Assembly (NCBI GenBank): GCA_045126575.1 | Contig: JBGVOQ010000009.1 | Coordinates: 1-59,207, forward strand | Length of the DNA: 59,207 nucleotides | DNA from: Candidatus Onthoplasma sp. | GTDB taxonomy: Bacteria; Bacillota; Clostridia; Christensenellales; UBA1242 | Reading direction: 5' to 3' | Part shown: one piece after another, positions 58,579-59,207 of the stretch | How positions within the stretch are numbered: the stretch's first letter is position 1 | Layout: every line of letters starts with the position of its first letter | Translations under genes and position numbers: made by a program | The notes under the pieces: generated by a model | Told to the model about the DNA's origin: nothing | Database searches by the model: none | The model's input: the letters and a program-made list of their open reading frames with translations, nothing else

Positions 58579-59156
58579 TGGCGCCTCGAGGTGGTTCCGT
58601 TTTTATCCGCCTCAGCACCTATCAACAATTATTCAAAGTGCGAATTCTTTGCAAATTTTCCACTTTCAAATACATTAAATCTTCAAATTTTGAGTTTATG
58701 GAAAATGTTTGTGATTTTTAAATTGAAAGATTAAGTTTTGTCTTATAAAGTTTGTGCTTTAGGTTCGCCGTAATAATGTTCATACATGCTGATAAATTTA
58801 CATAATTCTGAAATAACAAAGTTAATTTGAGGAATATTTGATCCATGTTTTTTAATTATTGGATACACATCTTTCGTTATAAATGTATATAAATTTTCTT
58901 GTTCCATGTAAAAAATGTCACTTGGAATTTCAATATTACAATCTTGTTTTAACAAATTTGAATTTTCTTTTAAAACTAGTTTTGCATAATCGATTAAAAT
59001 TCTGGGTGATCTTCTATCATTAAATGGTTTCATATTCTTCTCCTTGTTTAAATTCAGTATAGCATGAATTTTATAAACTTTCAAGATACATTTTTAAAAT
59101 TTTTCAACTTCTATAAGAAATAAAAAATATCTCACCTTTACAGATGAGATATGATT
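58579..59156 (-). mobile_element. tRNA-anchored gene cassette 1 (578 bp, non-autonomous)
   Basis: Bounded by exact TGGCGCCTCGAG copies at 58579 and 59157 (the latter is the tRNA 3' end); same layout as cassette 2. Confidence 0.68.
58743..59033 (-). CDS. Hypothetical protein, ~96 aa (cassette cargo)
   Basis: Likely start MKPFNDRR at 59033 behind RBS AAGGAG; promoter TTGAAA...TGC-TATACT. Confidence 0.7.
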   Translation of the reverse strand: MKPFNDRRSPRILIDYAKLVLKENSNLLKQDCNIEIPSDIFYMEQENLYTFITKDVYPIIKKHGSNIPQINFVISELCKFISMYEHYYGEPKAQTL

Positions 59157-59207
59157 TGGCGCCTCGAGTAGGGCTCGAACCTACAACCTATCGGTTAACA
59201 GCCGAGT
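59157..59207 (-). tRNA. tRNA-Asn(GTT), 3' two-thirds (5' end lies beyond the window)
   Basis: Reverse complement ACTCGG-CTGTTAA-CCGATAGGTT-GTAGG-TTCGAGC-CCTAC-TCGAGGC-G-CCA: anticodon GTT, T-loop, encoded CCA. Confidence 0.95.

Noticed and set aside
58579-58590. Retroelement primer-binding site (TGGCGCC... complementary to the tRNA 3' end)
   Set aside because: No reverse transcriptase in the window; att-core duplication is the simpler explanation
58637-58666. dif/Xer-like site in the cassette arm (AGTGCGAAT resembles an XerC arm)
   Set aside because: No XerD arm (TTATGTTAAA) and the motif is not preserved in the second copy
57962-58721. + strand ORFs 57962-58147, 57985-58221 and 58527-58721
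   Set aside because: No RBS or promoter; they run through terminators, att cores and the palindromic insert. Only the shared arm frame is kept as a hypothesis
57928-59168. CRISPR array or Cas13 locus (repeats next to a two-HEPN protein)
   Set aside because: Repeats are ~600 bp apart, derive from a tRNA end and enclose whole genes; there are no 30-40-bp spacers or cas genes, and the protein is much smaller than Cas13

Overview
Chromosomal window from a low-GC (~33%) Clostridia-type Firmicute, probably an uncultured, genome-reduced gut or rumen lineage (inferred from gene order and ribosomal protein sequences). It opens with the 5S rRNA end of an rRNA operon and three orphan transcription units. 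Next come the complete S10-spc-alpha ribosomal superoperon (rpsJ to rplQ, including secY, adk, map, infA, an unannotated rpmJ and rpoA), tatD-rsmA, and a giant 4185-aa membrane-anchored surface protein riddled with in-frame micro-duplications. These are followed by sepF-lspA-rluD, a second 1222-aa Ig-like surface protein, a lone priming glycosyltransferase, pepF, two membrane-anchored winged-helix-like proteins, uvrB-uvrA, a Crp/Fnr regulator divergent from nrdD-nrdG, an LTA-synthase-like operon and rplI. The most unusual part is the right end. A tRNA-Asn (minus strand, cut by the window edge) is followed by a tandem array of ~600-bp integrase-less one-gene cassettes. Each has a promoter, an orphan ORF, a conserved ~150-bp arm, a copy of the tRNA 3' end and a terminator. 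The array abuts a leaderless 383-aa gene with two HEPN-like RxxxxH motifs. All calls are from reading the sequence by eye; no database searches were run.
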